From positions 43,462,001 to 43,526,000 of the forward strand of contig NC_042999.1 of NCBI RefSeq assembly GCF_006345805.1: a stretch of 64,000 nt of DNA, in the 5' to 3' direction. This DNA is from Octopus sinensis (taxonomy: Eukaryota). Below the pieces are notes generated by a model. The model was given only the letters and a program-made list of their open reading frames with translations. It made no database searches and was not told where the DNA came from. Positions 27,444 to 41,308 of this stretch are shown piece after piece. The position numbers and the translations under genes are program-made. How positions within the stretch are numbered: the stretch's first letter is position 1; every line of letters starts with the position of its first letter.

Positions 27444-27882
27444 CAGTGGTTCTTAACCTTTATTTATTTTTTTGTAGCCCCACCACTCCTTTTAAATAGT
27501 TGATATGTCTTGCACCCACCTAAGTGGTGAGTGGGGTATCATGACTAAACTAACTAAACACAGATGATAATTTGTAAATTTTACTCTAAAAATGGATTGT
27601 ATATGCTTTTAACAGTGAAATGATAAAAAATTAATAAAGACAAGAGTTGTAAATTTACTTCATTAAATTGCAAGTTAATGACTTCCTTGTGCCTAATGAA
27701 GTATCATTTTATCTTAATAACCATTACTAGTTTTATCATGTGTAATATAATTACTACTTTAGGTAAGATTTAGAATGTTATGTTACCACACCCTACTCCT
27801 CTCCACCCACTAAAGCCTAATGTCTCCTTTGTCATGGCCAGTGCCCCCTTGGGGGTTGTACTGCGCATGTTGTGAACCTCTG
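27444..27882. mobile_element. hAT (Charlie-like) MITE
   Basis: TIRs CAGTGGTTCTTAAC / GTTGTGAACCTCTG; TSD ATTTAAAT / ATCTAAAT. Confidence 0.7.
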
Positions 27883-27947
27883 ATCTAAATAAAAAATTTT
27901 CCTAGAAAAATGAAAGGAATATTAAACTTTCAACTACTTGTCAGTTG

Positions 27948-28250
27948 TGGAGGTGCAATGGCCCAGTGGTTAGGGCAATGGCCTTGCGGTCAGAGGATCG
28001 CGGTTTTGATTCCCAGACCGGGCGTTGTGTGTGTTTATTGAGCGAAAACACCTAAAGCTCTATAAAGCTCTGGCAGAGGGTGATGGCGACCCCTATTGTA
28101 CTCTTTCACCCCAACTTTCTCTCACTCTTTCTTCCTATTTCTTGAGTAACACTGCGATGGACTGGTGTCCCGTCCAGCTGGGGGGAACACATATGTCACA
28201 GAAACCGGGAAACTGGCCCATGAGCTTGGCTAGGCTTGAAAAGAACGCAT
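27948..28250 (+). mobile_element. SINE-B
   Basis: Head and core as 21872; the 3' half recurs at 28700-28880. Confidence 0.85.
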
Positions 28251-29600
28251 AAAAAAAAAATAATACTTGTCAGTTATTTGCAATGACTGGATGACAACAA
28301 AACCATAGTGGTGGCGTACCACCCTGGTAGCCAATACAAAGTAATACCTTTCAATAAGTGTATGATGAAACACTAAATTTTCTCAAAATATGCTTGCAAA
28401 ACAGAGGTACATCTTAAACAAGAGTTTATCTTATTTATGTGCCAGCAATTACAGTGTATGTACCCAAGATATGCTAGCAAGTTCCAGTATGGTGATGTAA
28501 CTAAGAAATTTGCTTTCTAACCACATGGTTTGAAGTCAGTCTCGGTGTGTGGCACCTTGGACAAGTGTCTTCTACTTTAACCCTGAGCCCAAACAAAGCC
28601 TTGTAGTTGGAGTTGATAGAAGGAAATTGAAAGAAGCCCATCATACATATGTATGTATGTTTATGTGTGTTGTTGTTGTTAAGCAACAAGACGGGTAAGG
28701 GTGATTAGGTGATGGTGGCAACCCCTGTTGTACTCTTTCGCCCCAACTTTCTCTCACTCTTTCTTCCTGTTTCTTGAGTAACTCTGCAATGGACTGGCAT
28801 GCCATCCAGCTGGGGGGAACACATACGCCATAGAAACCGGGAAACCGGGCCCATGAGCCTGGCTAGGCTTGAAAAGGCTGCATAAATAAAATAAACATGA
28901 AAAAGATACAGGCTCTGAACTGCAGAAATGTAACTTGTTCTGAAGAGCTCACTGGATTATAGCATCTGTTTGAATTCTAAAAGTGAAACACTTGGCAACT
29001 GCCTCTACACTCCAAAGTACATTCTCAGATTTTTGCCTCCAGCTGCTTAAAATCAACAAAAAACTCTATGAACTTTTATTCTTTATGCTAGTCACTATTA
29101 TTTTTATAAATTTGAATGAATTCTATTAATGTTATCAATTTATATATAATTATGTTTATGTATACGTGAACATGTGAGTCTGTGGGTATTTGCATGTGTG
29201 TGTGTGTGTGTGTGCATGCGTGTGTCTGTGTGTGTGTGTGTGTGTGTGTATGCTTATGCATATGCATAAGTGTGTATTTACAACTATGAACATGCATGTA
29301 TGTTTTTATATCTTCATGTTTTTCTGTATTTCTGTGTTCACAATTTTTAAATATAATTTTATGCATTATTACAAAATTCTCCACCCACATATCATCTTAC
29401 ATTTATAAACAAACTTCATACATTTCTTAATTTATTGTCTATGTTTTTATATAATTTGTTATATATGGTATGAACTTTGCTTTCCAACCACATGGTTCCA
29501 GATTCAGTCTCACTGCTTGGCACCTTGGGCAAGTGTCATCTACTGTAATCCTGGGCCTTGTGAGTGGATGTGAAACAGAAAGTAAAAGAAGCCCATTGTA

Positions 29601-29856
29601 TATCATCATCATCATCATCATCATCATCAATTAACGTCCGCTTTCCATGCTAGCATGGGTTGGACGGTTCAACTGGGGTCTGGGGAGCCCGAAAGCTGCA
29701 CCAGTCCAGTCAGATCTGGCAGTGTTTCTACAGCTGGATGCCCTTCCTAACGCCAACCACTCCGAGAGTGTAGTGGGTGATTTTATGTGCCACCGACACA
29801 GGTGCCAGACGAGGCTGGCAAACGGCCACGCTCGGATGGTGTTTTTTATGTGCCAC

Positions 29857-29911
<55 letters not shown>

Positions 29912-30072
29912 ATATATATATCGTCATTTAACGTCCGTTCTCCATGCTAGCATGGGTTGGACGGTTCGACCGGGGTTCTGGGAAGCCAGAAGGCTGCACC
30001 AGGCTCCAGTCTAATTTGGCAATGTTTCTACAGCTGGATGCCCTTCCTAACGCCAACCACTCCGTCAGTGTA
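29601..30072 (-). mobile_element. Two RTE LINE 3' tail fragments separated by (AT)n (29601-29846, 29921-30072)
   Basis: Each begins with the (CAT)n-TTAACGTCCG tail signature. Confidence 0.85.
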
Positions 30073-30073
30073 G

Positions 30074-30102
<29 letters not shown>

Positions 30103-30104
<2 letters not shown>

Positions 30105-30420
30105 GGAGAGTTTACGAAAAAAAACAAAAGACAAAGACAGGTGATGTACAAAACAAACAGACATATTAGTATAATGCTCAGGAATAGAAAAAGTCTTTTA
30201 TGTTTTGAGCCTACGCTCTTTAACAGAAAGGTACACAGAAAAAACAAGGAGAGAAAAAATGTGCGTGGCGGCTAATGATCTATCATGGTGTCTGACTCGG
30301 ACAGAAGGGTCACACACGAGAAGGAAAGTAGGAGATGACCCCCAACACGAAGGTGCATGTGTGTAAGAGAGTATGTATGTGCATGTGAAAGAGGGCTGGT
30401 GGTCTGGACGTGTGCGTGTA
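30103..30420 (-). mobile_element. Non-coding Penelope-like/retrozyme-like repeat with a decayed hammerhead motif (30195-30230)
   Basis: Second copy of 44337-44690; minus strand CUUU CUGUUAA A GAGC-GUAG-GCUC AAAA CA UA AAAG. Confidence 0.6.
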
Positions 30421-31005
30421 TGTATGTGTAAGTGTGAAAATGTGGGGATGGGTGTGTGGGTGGTGTGTTGTGATGTGATGTGTAATGTTGTATGGTATAG
30501 TGTGATGTGATGTTGTTGGGAGGTGGGGGAGGCGAGAGTGGGGAAGGCACGGGTAGGGTGTGGGTTTGACTGGGGGTTGGGGTAGAGTTGGGGTTGGGGT
30601 AGAGTTGGGGTTTGTGGGTAGGCAGAGGGTGGGGTATGTAGGAGAGGGTGTGGGATATATATATATACACATGTGTATATGTATACATGTGTGAGTTTGT
30701 GGAAATCAGATAATTTCATACCCTTGGCTTACCAGGAAACTCTGAGTACTATATGTGAGTGTTCCATGTTTATATAATACATTAATATATTAAATATGTA
30801 TATATGTATGTACATGTGCACATGCTTTTTAACCTTTTGTACACAACATGAAACACATTTTGTATCATGTGTTTGAGCCCTTGTGGCCAATAAAGGATTC
30901 TTTTTTTTTTCCCATTCATCCCTATTGACTGTAAATCCCCACACATTTTATAACCTGACCTTGTAATGTCCCTTTGTCCATTGCCCATGTGGCAATAATG
31001 AAAAG

Positions 31006-31044
31006 AAATTATTATTATTGCTGTTGTTGTTGTTGTTATTATTA

Positions 31045-31102
<58 letters not shown>

Positions 31103-31125
31103 CATTATAGTTGTTGTTGTTATCA
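31006..31125. repeat. (TTA)n/(TTG)n microsatellite
   Basis: Direct reading. Confidence 0.95.
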
Positions 31126-31497
31126 TAGCGTTTTGTTTTTTCCCACAGAACTTTGGATATTAAAAACTATAACTCAAGGCAATTTTGATAGACAGCCCGT
31201 TAATAAATAGCTGGTGATGTCTTCAGTGTAAGGAAAACATATATACATCGTTATATTTATGTGTGCACATGAATACATACATGCACACAGAAATATATAC
31301 ACATATACTCACATTTAATGCACATACTCTTATATGATATGTAAGTATGTTTGTGTGTGTGTGTGTGTGAGGATATACAGACACACACACACGTATATAT
31401 ATATATGTACATATATATATAAAAGTAAATATATATACATACATACATACATATATATAAGTAAATATATATATACATACACATATAAATATATATG

Positions 31498-31530
<33 letters not shown>

Positions 31531-31550
31531 CATATATATTAGTAAATATA

Positions 31551-31603
<53 letters not shown>

Positions 31604-31674
31604 CATACGTACATATATATATTGGTAAATATATATATACACACACATATATATATACATACACACACACACAT

Positions 31675-31718
<44 letters not shown>

Positions 31719-31855
31719 CATGTGTGTGTGTAAGAAGTGTACAAAAGCCAGAAGTAAAGAGGGAAAGTAAAGAGAGACAAGAGAAAAACTTGAGTGAAAA
31801 AATGTAGGTGTATATATGTGAAGATATAAAAGATAGGAGAAAAGAAGAGATAGAC

Positions 31856-31898
<43 letters not shown>

Positions 31899-32693
31899 TA
31901 ATAACCGAGATAGATAGAGTATTAGTGGAAGAGAGAAAAAGAACAAGAGAGATAGTCATAGAGTAAATGATATAGAGTGAATAAGTCAGAAAAAATATAT
32001 TATGTTTATGTGTGAGATAGAAAATCGAAGAACGAGGCTGACAGAAATAGAGAGAGGGAGAGAAAAAAGGTTCTATAAAGACATAGAGAGAATGAAAGAG
32101 GGATGGGGGAGAAAGAGAGGGAAAGAGGCAAGGTATGATTAACACAAATAACTACAACAGCAACAACACATTTAAAAGGAGAGACTGAGGATATGTGGAC
32201 ATTTATAAATCAAACTTATTTGGTCCCAAGGTATCAAAGAATCATAAATCAGAAAAGCTTGCATGTCAGAAAATTGATCACCGCCGTTAAGAATTCAATT
32301 CTTCCAATATTTGTTGAAGCAGATAAAGCAAATGCATACTCACTCACACACACACACACACACACGTGCATATATACACATATGCTTGCATCCATATATG
32401 TGTGTGCGTGTGTGTCTGTATTTACATGTATATATTTTTATATGCACACACATTCCTACATACGTAAATATATGTACATGCATGAATATGTATATATACA
32501 TAAATATATATATAGGTGTGTGTGTGTGTGTGTGTATCTATACACACATAAATATATGTATATATATATATATATAAATATTAACACACAAATATATGTA
32601 TGTACACATACACATATATACATATATGTATATATATATATGTATATATATATATACATATAATCATACATACATACATATATATATATATGT

Positions 32694-32880
32694 GCAGGTG
32701 GCACGTAAAAAGCACCCACTACACTCACGGAGTGGTTGGCGTTAGGAAGGGCATCCAGCTGTAGAAACTTTGCCAGATAAGACCGGAGCCTGGTGCAGCC
32801 TTCTGGCTTCCCAGATCCCCGGTCGAACCGTCCAACCCATGCTAGCATGGAGAACGGACGTTAAACGATGATGATGATGA
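32694..32880 (+). mobile_element. RTE LINE 3' tail fragment in (AT)n
   Basis: Near-identical to 17895-18085. Confidence 0.9.
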
Positions 32881-33112
32881 TATATATATATATATATACG
32901 TATGTGCTCGTTCCACATAAATAGCACGCAGTACGTTCTGTAGAGAAGTTGGCATTAAAAAGGGCATCCAGTCATAAAAACCATGCCAGAACAGACAATG
33001 GAGCCTGGGGCAGCCTCCTGGCCTTCTCAGCACCGGTCAGACTATCCAACCTATGCCAGCATGGAAAAACAGACATTAAATGAGGATGACGATGATATAT
33101 ATATATATATAA

Positions 33113-33298
33113 TCATCATCGTTTAACATCCTTTTTCCATGCTAGCATGGGTTGGATGGTTCGACCGGGGTCTGGGAAGCCAGAAGGCTGCCCCAGGCTC
33201 CAGTCTGATCTGGCAGTGTTTCTACAGCTGGATGCTCTTCCTAACGCCAACCACTCCGTGAGTGTAGTGGGTGCATTTTACATGCCACTGGCACGGGT
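33113..33298 (-). mobile_element. RTE LINE 3' tail fragment
   Basis: Tail signature on the minus strand. Confidence 0.85.
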
Positions 33299-33324
33299 AC
33301 CACATATTCTATCATTCTTTTATT

Positions 33325-33507
33325 ATTTTACTTGTTTCAGTCATATGACTGTGGCCATGCAGGAGCACCACCTGTAGTCAAACAAATTGATTCCAGGACT
33401 TATTCTTTGTAAGCCCTAGTACTTATTGTCTCGGTCTCTTTTTCCAAACCGCTAAATTACAGGGATGTAAACACACCAACATCAGTTGTCAAGCAATGGT
33501 AGAGGGA

Positions 33508-33544
<37 letters not shown>

Positions 33545-33925
33545 ACACACACACACACATACACATATATCTAACAGGCTTATTTTAATTTCTATTTCTT
33601 TATTACCCACAAGGGGCTAAACACAGAGGGGACAAACAAGGACAGACATAGGTATTAAGTTGATTACATCGACCCCAGTGCGTAACTGGTACTTAATTTA
33701 TCGACCCTGAAAGGATGAAAGGCAAAGTCGACCTCGGAGGAATTTGAACTCACAACGTAACGCAGACGAAATACCGCTAAGCATTTCGCCCGGCGTGCTA
33801 ACGTCAACCAAATCCACTCACAAGGCTTTGGTTGGCCTGAGGTTATATTAGAAGACACTTACCTAAGGAACCACGCAGGGCTGAACTCGGAACCATGTGG
33901 GTGGGAAGCAAGCTTCTTACAATGC
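33325..33925 (-). mobile_element. SINE-A interrupted by SINE-D (33586-33804)
   Basis: SINE-A sequence stops after ACAGGCTT and resumes at CCAAATCCACTCACAAGG; the insert matches 39076-39308 in reverse. Confidence 0.8.
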
Positions 33926-33933
33926 ATCCATGC

Positions 33934-33967
<34 letters not shown>

Positions 33968-33996
33968 TATATATATATATATACATACATATACAT

Positions 33997-34030
<34 letters not shown>

Positions 34031-34788
34031 ACACAGAAATATGCATATACACTCATACTCACACAAACACAAACACACACACATATACACACGTATATAG
34101 AAACAGTAGGCCAGAATGGTTGAGAGTTCACTTTGCATCCCGCAAAGTCTCAGGTTTGATTCCACCATGTGACATTTCATACAAACATCATTTCCCATTG
34201 CCTCGGGTCTAAACCCCTACTTTGTGGATGAAACTGCGTAGACAAAAAACTGCAAAGATGCTCGCTGAATGGATTGTACTTGCATTTGAAAATGTACAGC
34301 TTTGTCTGTCACACAGTGTGTCATGCTGATTCAGCTTGAAAATTATATTAAGGCTACACTTACACCTTTATTCAGCAGCAGATTATTCGCTTGGTTGAAC
34401 AACATAGTCTTCATCATCAATGCCAGTTTCAGAAACCACTATCGTTTATATGTGAGTGTAGTGTAAGTGTGTATGTGTGCATGTGCGTGTACGTGCATAC
34501 ATATGTATATAATATATATATGATGTATGTTCTGTTATTGTATAAATATATATATACATGTATATGAGTGTGTATGTATGCATGTATGTATATAGATATA
34601 TATTGTTGTTGTTGTTGTTGTTATTACTATTATCATGTTAAATGTTTTGTAGTTTATAATACTATATCTATAAATGCATACATATATATATATAAATAAG
34701 TATGTGTGTGTGTATATACATATATAATATATATATATATATATATACATATATATCTATATATATAAATATGTATATATAAATATAT

Positions 34789-34789
<1 letters not shown>

Positions 34790-34820
<31 letters not shown>

Positions 34821-36203
34821 TTAGCGTCCGTTTCCATGCTAGCATGGGTTGGACGGTTCAACTGGGGTCTGGGGAGCCGAAGGCTGCACCAGGCCAGTCA
34901 GATCTGGCAGTGTTTCTACAGCTGGATGCCCTTCCTAACGCCAACCACTCCGAGAGTGTAGTGGGTGATTTTATGTGCCACCGACACAGGTGCCAGACGA
35001 GGCTGGCGAACGGCCACGCTCGGATGGTGTTTTTATGTGCCACCGACACAGGTGCCAGACGAGGCTGGCAGACGGCCACGCTCGGATGGTGTTTTTATGT
35101 GCCACCGCACAGGTGCCAGATGAGGCTGGCAGGTGCCAGACGAGGCTGGCAGACGGCCACGCTCGGATGGTGTTTTTATGTGCCACCGACACAGGTGCCA
35201 GATGAGGCTGGCGGACGGCCACGATCGGATGGTGTTTGTTACGTCCCCAAAGCACGGAGGCCAGTCTATGCGGTACTGGCTACGGCCACGTTCGGATGAT
35301 TTTCTTGTGTGCCACCGGCACTGGTACCACAAAGATACAATTCCATTTATGCTCATCTATTTTGATTTGTTTTGATTTGATTTGATTTTCACTTGCCTCA
35401 ACAGGTCTTCACAAGTGTCACAAGAAGGAAGGTATGCACAGGTGGACTGTCTACGTCGCCGGGTCTTCGGATGGTGTCTTTATGTGCCACCGACACAGGT
35501 GCCAGATGTGGCTGGCGAACGGCCACGATCGGATGGTTTTCTTGTGTGCCACCGGTACTGGAACCACAAAGATACAAATTCCATTGATGTTCATCTATTT
35601 TGATTTGGTTTGATTTGATTTGATTTTCACTTGCCTCAACAGGTCTTCACAAGTGTCACGCGTGTCACACACTTGCCTCAACAGGTCTCCACAAGTGTCA
35701 CACACTTGCCTCTGCCTCAACAGGTCTTCACAAAGTGTCACACACTTGCCTCTGCCTCAACAGGTCTTCACAAGTGTCATAAGAGGGAAGGTATGCACAG
35801 GTGGACTGACTACGTCGCCGGGTCTTTGGATGGTGTTTTTATGTGCCACCGACACAGGTGCCAGGTGAGGCTGGCGAACGGCCACGATCAGATGGTGTTT
35901 GTTGTGCCCACAGCACGGAGGCCAGTCGATGCGGTACCAGCTACGGCCACTTCGGATGGTTTTCTGTGTGCCACCGGTACTGGAACCACAAAGATACAAA
36001 TTCCATGATATTCATCTATTTTGATTTGGTTGATTTTCACTTGCCTCAACAGGTCTTCACAAGTGTCACACACTTGCCTCAACAGGTCTTCACAAGTGTC
36101 ATAAGAGGGAAGGTATGCACAGGTGGACTGACTACGTCGCCGGGTCTTTGGATGGTGTTTTTATGTGCCACCGACACAGGTGCCAGATGAGGCTGGCGAA
36201 CGA
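34790..36203 (-). repeat. Higher-order tandem array derived from the RTE 3' UTR
   Basis: About 62-bp TTTATGTGCCACCGACACAGGTGCCAG module reiterated, about 30-bp CACACTTGCCTCAACAGGTCTTCACAAGTGT module, and about 300-370-bp super-units x3; one (CAT)n tail at 34790. Confidence 0.85.
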
Positions 36204-36247
36204 TGCATACATATATATGTATATATATAAATATATATATATATATT

Positions 36248-36283
<36 letters not shown>

Positions 36284-36403
36284 AATGCATACATATATAT
36301 ATATATAAATGCATACATATATATATATATATATATCTATATATATAAATGCATACATATATAAATATGTCTGTGTGCATGTGTGTGTATATATAAATAT
36401 ATA

Positions 36404-36643
36404 TATGTATGTATGTATGCATGTATGTATGCATGTATGTATGTATGTATGTATGTATGTATGTATGCATGTATGCATGCATGTATGTATGTATGTATGT
36501 ATGTATGTATGTATGTATGTATGTATGTATGTATTTATGTATGTATGTATGCATGTATGTATGTATGCATGCATGTATGTATGTATGTATGTATGTATGT
36601 ATGTATGTATTTATGTATGTATGTATGCATGTATGTATGTATG
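36404..36643. repeat. (ATGT)n tetranucleotide microsatellite
   Basis: Direct reading; source of the MYVC/IHTY ORFs. Confidence 0.95.
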
Positions 36644-36769
36644 AATTTAATATATTGACACATGGCAGTAAAAATACATTGACAATATGAAAAATGATAA
36701 AAAAGTGGAGGAAAAAGTTTTAAAAATTACAAAGTTATGGTTTACACAAGGGAATAATAAAAACAAAAT

Positions 36770-36844
<75 letters not shown>

Positions 36845-36845
36845 A

Positions 36846-36905
<60 letters not shown>

Positions 36906-37389
36906 TATATATGCACACATACAGACACACATTTGTGTGTTGAACAACATTATGCCAGAGGTAATAATGGCAGCAACAACAACAACAACAACAATAATAA
37001 TAATGATAATAATAAATACAATCATTTCTTTATTTGCCACATGGGTGACAAAAAAGGGGAAAAGGACAAAGACAGTTTGTAAAAACCAAGGGAGATGAGA
37101 GTAATACATTGAGCGAAAAATATAAAAAAAAAGGAAATAAAATAGAAAATTGACATGAATTGAAAAGAATAATATAAATTCTACATATACTGTGTTTCAA
37201 AAGAAGAACAGTTACCTAGGGGGAAAAAAAATCCTTAAATGCCCTTGAATATAATGATATAATAAAATGAAAATTGTGAGAGGATCCAGCCAGCCATATG
37301 TAGCTCACTTTTCTCTCTCACCTTTCACAGTTTCTTATTCACATTATTTTGTCAAATGTAAGGTTCGTTTAGTCATACAGTTTTGAATT

Positions 37390-38562
37390 AATCATGTGTT
37401 ATCCCATAGCTTTGAGATTTCAAAAATATGATTCTATTTTCTGAACGACATTGTAGGGTGGGTGTGAGAGGCCAGATCTGGCTGGTTTGAGCATAAAACA
37501 GGTAAAATATCTAGGCTGGATGTGGTAAGTTTAAAAGCTAAAGGATTAAATTCCCTTCACCCTTATGAAATTACAAGACTTTAAGAATTTAAGGGTGGAT
37601 CTGGTCTGTCATCTTACTCTCTACTCTCACCCCTATTTCAGAAAATTTACTGATGAGTGGTATTTCCTTTTATATCCTTACATAATCATGGGTTATCTCA
37701 TAGCTTTGAGATTTCAAAAATATGATTCTATTTTCAGAACGACATTGTAGGGTGGGTGTGAGAGGCCGGATCTGGCGGGTTTGAGCATAAAACAGGTAAA
37801 ATATCTAGGCTGGATGTGATCAGTTTAAAAGCTAAAGGATTAAATTCCCTTGACCCTTATGAAATTACAAGACAAGAATTTAAGGGTGGATCTGGCCTGT
37901 CATCGTACTCGCTACTCTCACCCATATTTCAGAAAATTTACTGATGAGTGGTATTTCCTTTTATATCCTTACATAATCATGGGTTATCTCATAGCTTTGA
38001 GATTTCAAAAATATGATTCTATTTTCAGAACGACATTGTAGGGTAGGTGTGAGAAGCCAGATCTGGCGGGTTTGAGCATGAAACAGGTAAAATATCTAGG
38101 CTGGATGTGGTAAGTTTAAAAGCTAAAGGATTAAATTCCCTTCACCCTTATGAAATTACAAGACTTTAAGAATTTAAGGGTGGATCTGGTCTGTCATCTT
38201 ACTCTCTACTCTCACCCCTATTTCAGAAAATTTACTGATGAGTGGTATTTCCTTTTATACCCTTACATAATCATGGGTTATCTCATAGCTTTGAGATTTC
38301 AAAAATATAATTCTATTTTCCGAACGATATTGTAGGGTGGGTGTGAGAGGCCGGATCCGGCGGGTTTGAGCATAAAACAGGTAAAATATCTAGGCTGGAT
38401 GTGGTAAGTTTAAAAGCTAAAGGATTAAATTCCCTTCACCCTTATGAAATTACAAGACTTTAAGAATTTAAGGGTGGATCTGGTCTGTCATCTTACTCTC
38501 TACTCTCACCCATATTTCAGAAAATTTACTGATGAGTGGTATTTCCTTTTATACCCTTACAT
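37390..38562. repeat. Tandem array of 4 x about 294 bp (piggyBac-like MITE end plus unique flank)
   Basis: CCTTATGAAATTACAAG recurs with ATG at 37565, 37859, 38150, 38444; each unit holds the reverse MITE end GCTAAAGGATTAA. Confidence 0.9.
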
Positions 38563-39075
38563 TTTCAAGTGGTACTCATACAATTTGATGAGGGTTTGAC
38601 CTAAAAAGAGCATTTTTTATTCTGACTTGTCACATTCTTGTCCACATGAGCCCTTTTGCTAATGCCACTAAACAAAAGGAAGCTACATATCCTTTCTTGC
38701 CAGAGGAAAACAACAGGGGCGAATTGACAGTGAGTTCAGCTGGCTGTTGGGTCTGGCCAATATACAACAACAGACATTTGATATAAAAACTATGATAATA
38801 ATAATTTTTTTAATTCTAATTTTGGCACAAAGCCAACAACTTTTGAAGGGAGGGTAAATTAATAATACTGGCTCCCAGTAGTCAACTGGTACTTATTTTA
38901 TCAAACTCTGAAATGATGAAAGGCAAAGTCAACCTTGGTGGAATTTGAACTCAGAATGTAAAGCATCAGAAATTTATGATTATAATAATCTTTTCTACTT
39001 TAGGTACAAGCCCTAAATGTTTGGGGGTAAGGGCTAATTGATTACATCAATTCCAGTGTGTAACTGGTATTTATA

Positions 39076-39308
39076 GGCGGCGAGCTGGTAGAAACGTTAG
39101 CACACTGGGCGAAATGCTTTGCGGTATTTCGTCTGCCGCTACGTTCTGGGTTAAAATTCCGCCGAGGTCGACTTTGCCTTTCATCCTTTCGGGGTCGATT
39201 AAATAAGTACCAGTTACGCACTGGGGTCGATGTAATCGACTTAATCCGTTTGTCTGTCCTTGTTTGTCCCTTCTGTGTTTAGCCCCTTGTGGGTAGTAAA
39301 GAAATAGG
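39076..39308 (+). mobile_element. tRNA-derived SINE family D
   Basis: Head GGCGGCGAGCTGG...GGGTTAAAATTCC; core GCCTTTCATCCTTTCGGGGTCGAT...AAGTACCAG; older copies at about 20580, 26070, 38800, 39320, 58200, 58480, 61000. Confidence 0.85.
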
Positions 39309-39908
39309 TATTTATTTCATCAACCCCGAAAGGATCAAAGACAAAGTTAACCTTGGTGAAATTTGAACTCACAACGTAAGGACAGATGAAATGTTGCTAA
39401 GCCTGGTGTGCTAACGAATCTGCCTGCTCACGGCCTTAATTATGATTACAATAATGATTATTTCTTACCAAGGCACAAGCCACAAATTTTAGGACTTTTA
39501 GGACAGAGAACAGTTGATCATATTGACTCTGATGCTGGATTTGTATTTTATTTTATTGATCCTGGAAGTATGAAGGGCTAAATTGACATCTAATTAATTT
39601 GAATCCAGAATGTAAAGAAACAGAACTAATACCACAAGGCATTCTCTTTGAACACCCTCCCACATCTGCAACTGACCCTCCCTCTCACCATCTTTATTTC
39701 TCACTTAGTATATCCACTCCTACATAACTGTGAGGTCAGTCTCTGTCACTGGGCATCCCTCTCTGACCCTTCCACATTTCACAACATCTCCCTGTTTCTG
39801 ATCTAGAAGTACGACCAGGTTCTAGAATCAGAGGAGCAAACACATAAAAAGAAAGGCAACATGACACACACCAAACAATTTTTAACTCATTTCTCTTATA
39901 TTCTCTTC

Positions 39909-40117
39909 CTCTTTTATTTGTTTCAGTCATTTGACTGCGGCCATGCTGGAACACCGCCTTTTAGTCGAGCAAATCGATCCCCAGGACTTATTCTTTGGAA
40001 GCCTAGTACTTATTCTATCGGTCTCTTTTGCCAAACCACTAAGTTACAGGGATGTAAACACACCAGCATCAGTTGTCAAGCAATGTTGGGGGGACAAACA
40101 CAGACATAGAAACATAT

Positions 40118-40172
<55 letters not shown>

Positions 40173-40348
40173 CATATATACACATATATACGATGGTCTT
40201 CTTTCAGTTTCCATCTACCAAATCCACTCACAAGGCTTTGGTTGGCCCGAGGCTATAGTAGAAGACACTTGCCCAAGGTACCACATCATGGAAATGAACC
40301 TGGAACCAGGTGGTTGATAAGCAAGCTACTTACCACACAGCCACTCCT
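39909..40348 (-). mobile_element. SINE-A, full length
   Basis: Head, core and tail all present. Confidence 0.9.
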
Positions 40349-41275
40349 GCGCCTATGTTATGCAAAATATTTAATTAGTTACAATATACATAATTGCATT
40401 CTACATTCATTAATTTCATGTTTCAGTAACAATATCATTAAGTTTGACACTTACAAGTACTGATACAGGTAACTAAAGAGCTGAAGAAAATTGCTGAAAA
40501 AGCACCAATTTTGAAAAATATGCTTGCGGGAGCAGTCATTCCCCTTGTTCCCCTAATAGGTATGCCTGCTCTCATTTATACAGTTTTATTATACTTCTGC
40601 TCTGTAGTCTCTATTGTTTGTATTGCCACATATCACCTCCTCCTCCTTGACCCACTCCTATTTCCTCCCCTCCAAACTGATATTCTGTGTTCACCATTCA
40701 CTGCATTCACTTTTATCCCAATCTCTAACTATCTGTCATTCTCCTTTTCCACTTTCATTAACTTTCCCACCCATCCTTGTCCCTATTCTCTCTCATTGTA
40801 TCTTGAGGATATACTCTGATACTTCATCACTACCCTCTTTTCTCTCTTTCCAGCTGGAGTAGTCATGTTTTTCCTCTGCAGCAAAACATCTGTCCCAATC
40901 CCTCTGTCATACTTCAGCCTCTTAACACCTAACAAAAAACCTCCTTCCTCAATGCTACACTCCACTCAGTTGAGGAGTTTTGTCTTGCAAGATGCTTGTG
41001 ACTTCACTAGTTGGAGCCACAAAAAAAGCACCTTGTACACTCTGCAAAGTGGCTGGCATTAGGACGGGCATTCAGTTACAGGAACTATGCCAAAGCAAAC
41101 ATTGGACCTTGACACGGTCTTCTGGCTTTTTGCATCATGTGTAATCATCCAACACATGTTAGCATGAAAGACAAATGTTAAATGATGGTAGTGGCATTCA
41201 ATGTGACCGCGTGTGTATCGTTGGCGATTTTTTTTCCCTCTGTCTTCCCTTCCTTGGATCTTTCCTTTTCCTATG

Positions 41276-41308
41276 TTTCTGACGAAGAGCTCTGCTCAAA
41301 ACGTTAAA
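41276..41308 (+). ncRNA. Degenerate minimal type I hammerhead motif (G12 to A) in a non-coding repeat (41198-41414)
   Basis: UUU CUGACGA A GAGC-UCU-GCUC AAAA CG U U AAA. Confidence 0.5.

Noticed and set aside
30198-32145. Long ORFs of 113-271 aa
   Set aside because: Low-complexity translations of microsatellites and purine tracts
37648-37660. CTGATGA in each 294-bp unit, suggesting a ribozyme-bearing satellite
   Set aside because: No matching stem II/GAAA/stem I arrangement found in any permutation on either strand
37565-37750. 61-aa ORF repeated in each tandem unit
   Set aside because: Half lies on the antisense of a MITE; no recognisable domain; frame preservation rests on one 3-bp indel
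37390-38562. CRISPR-like regular repeats
   Set aside because: Eukaryotic DNA; whole units repeat with no unique spacers
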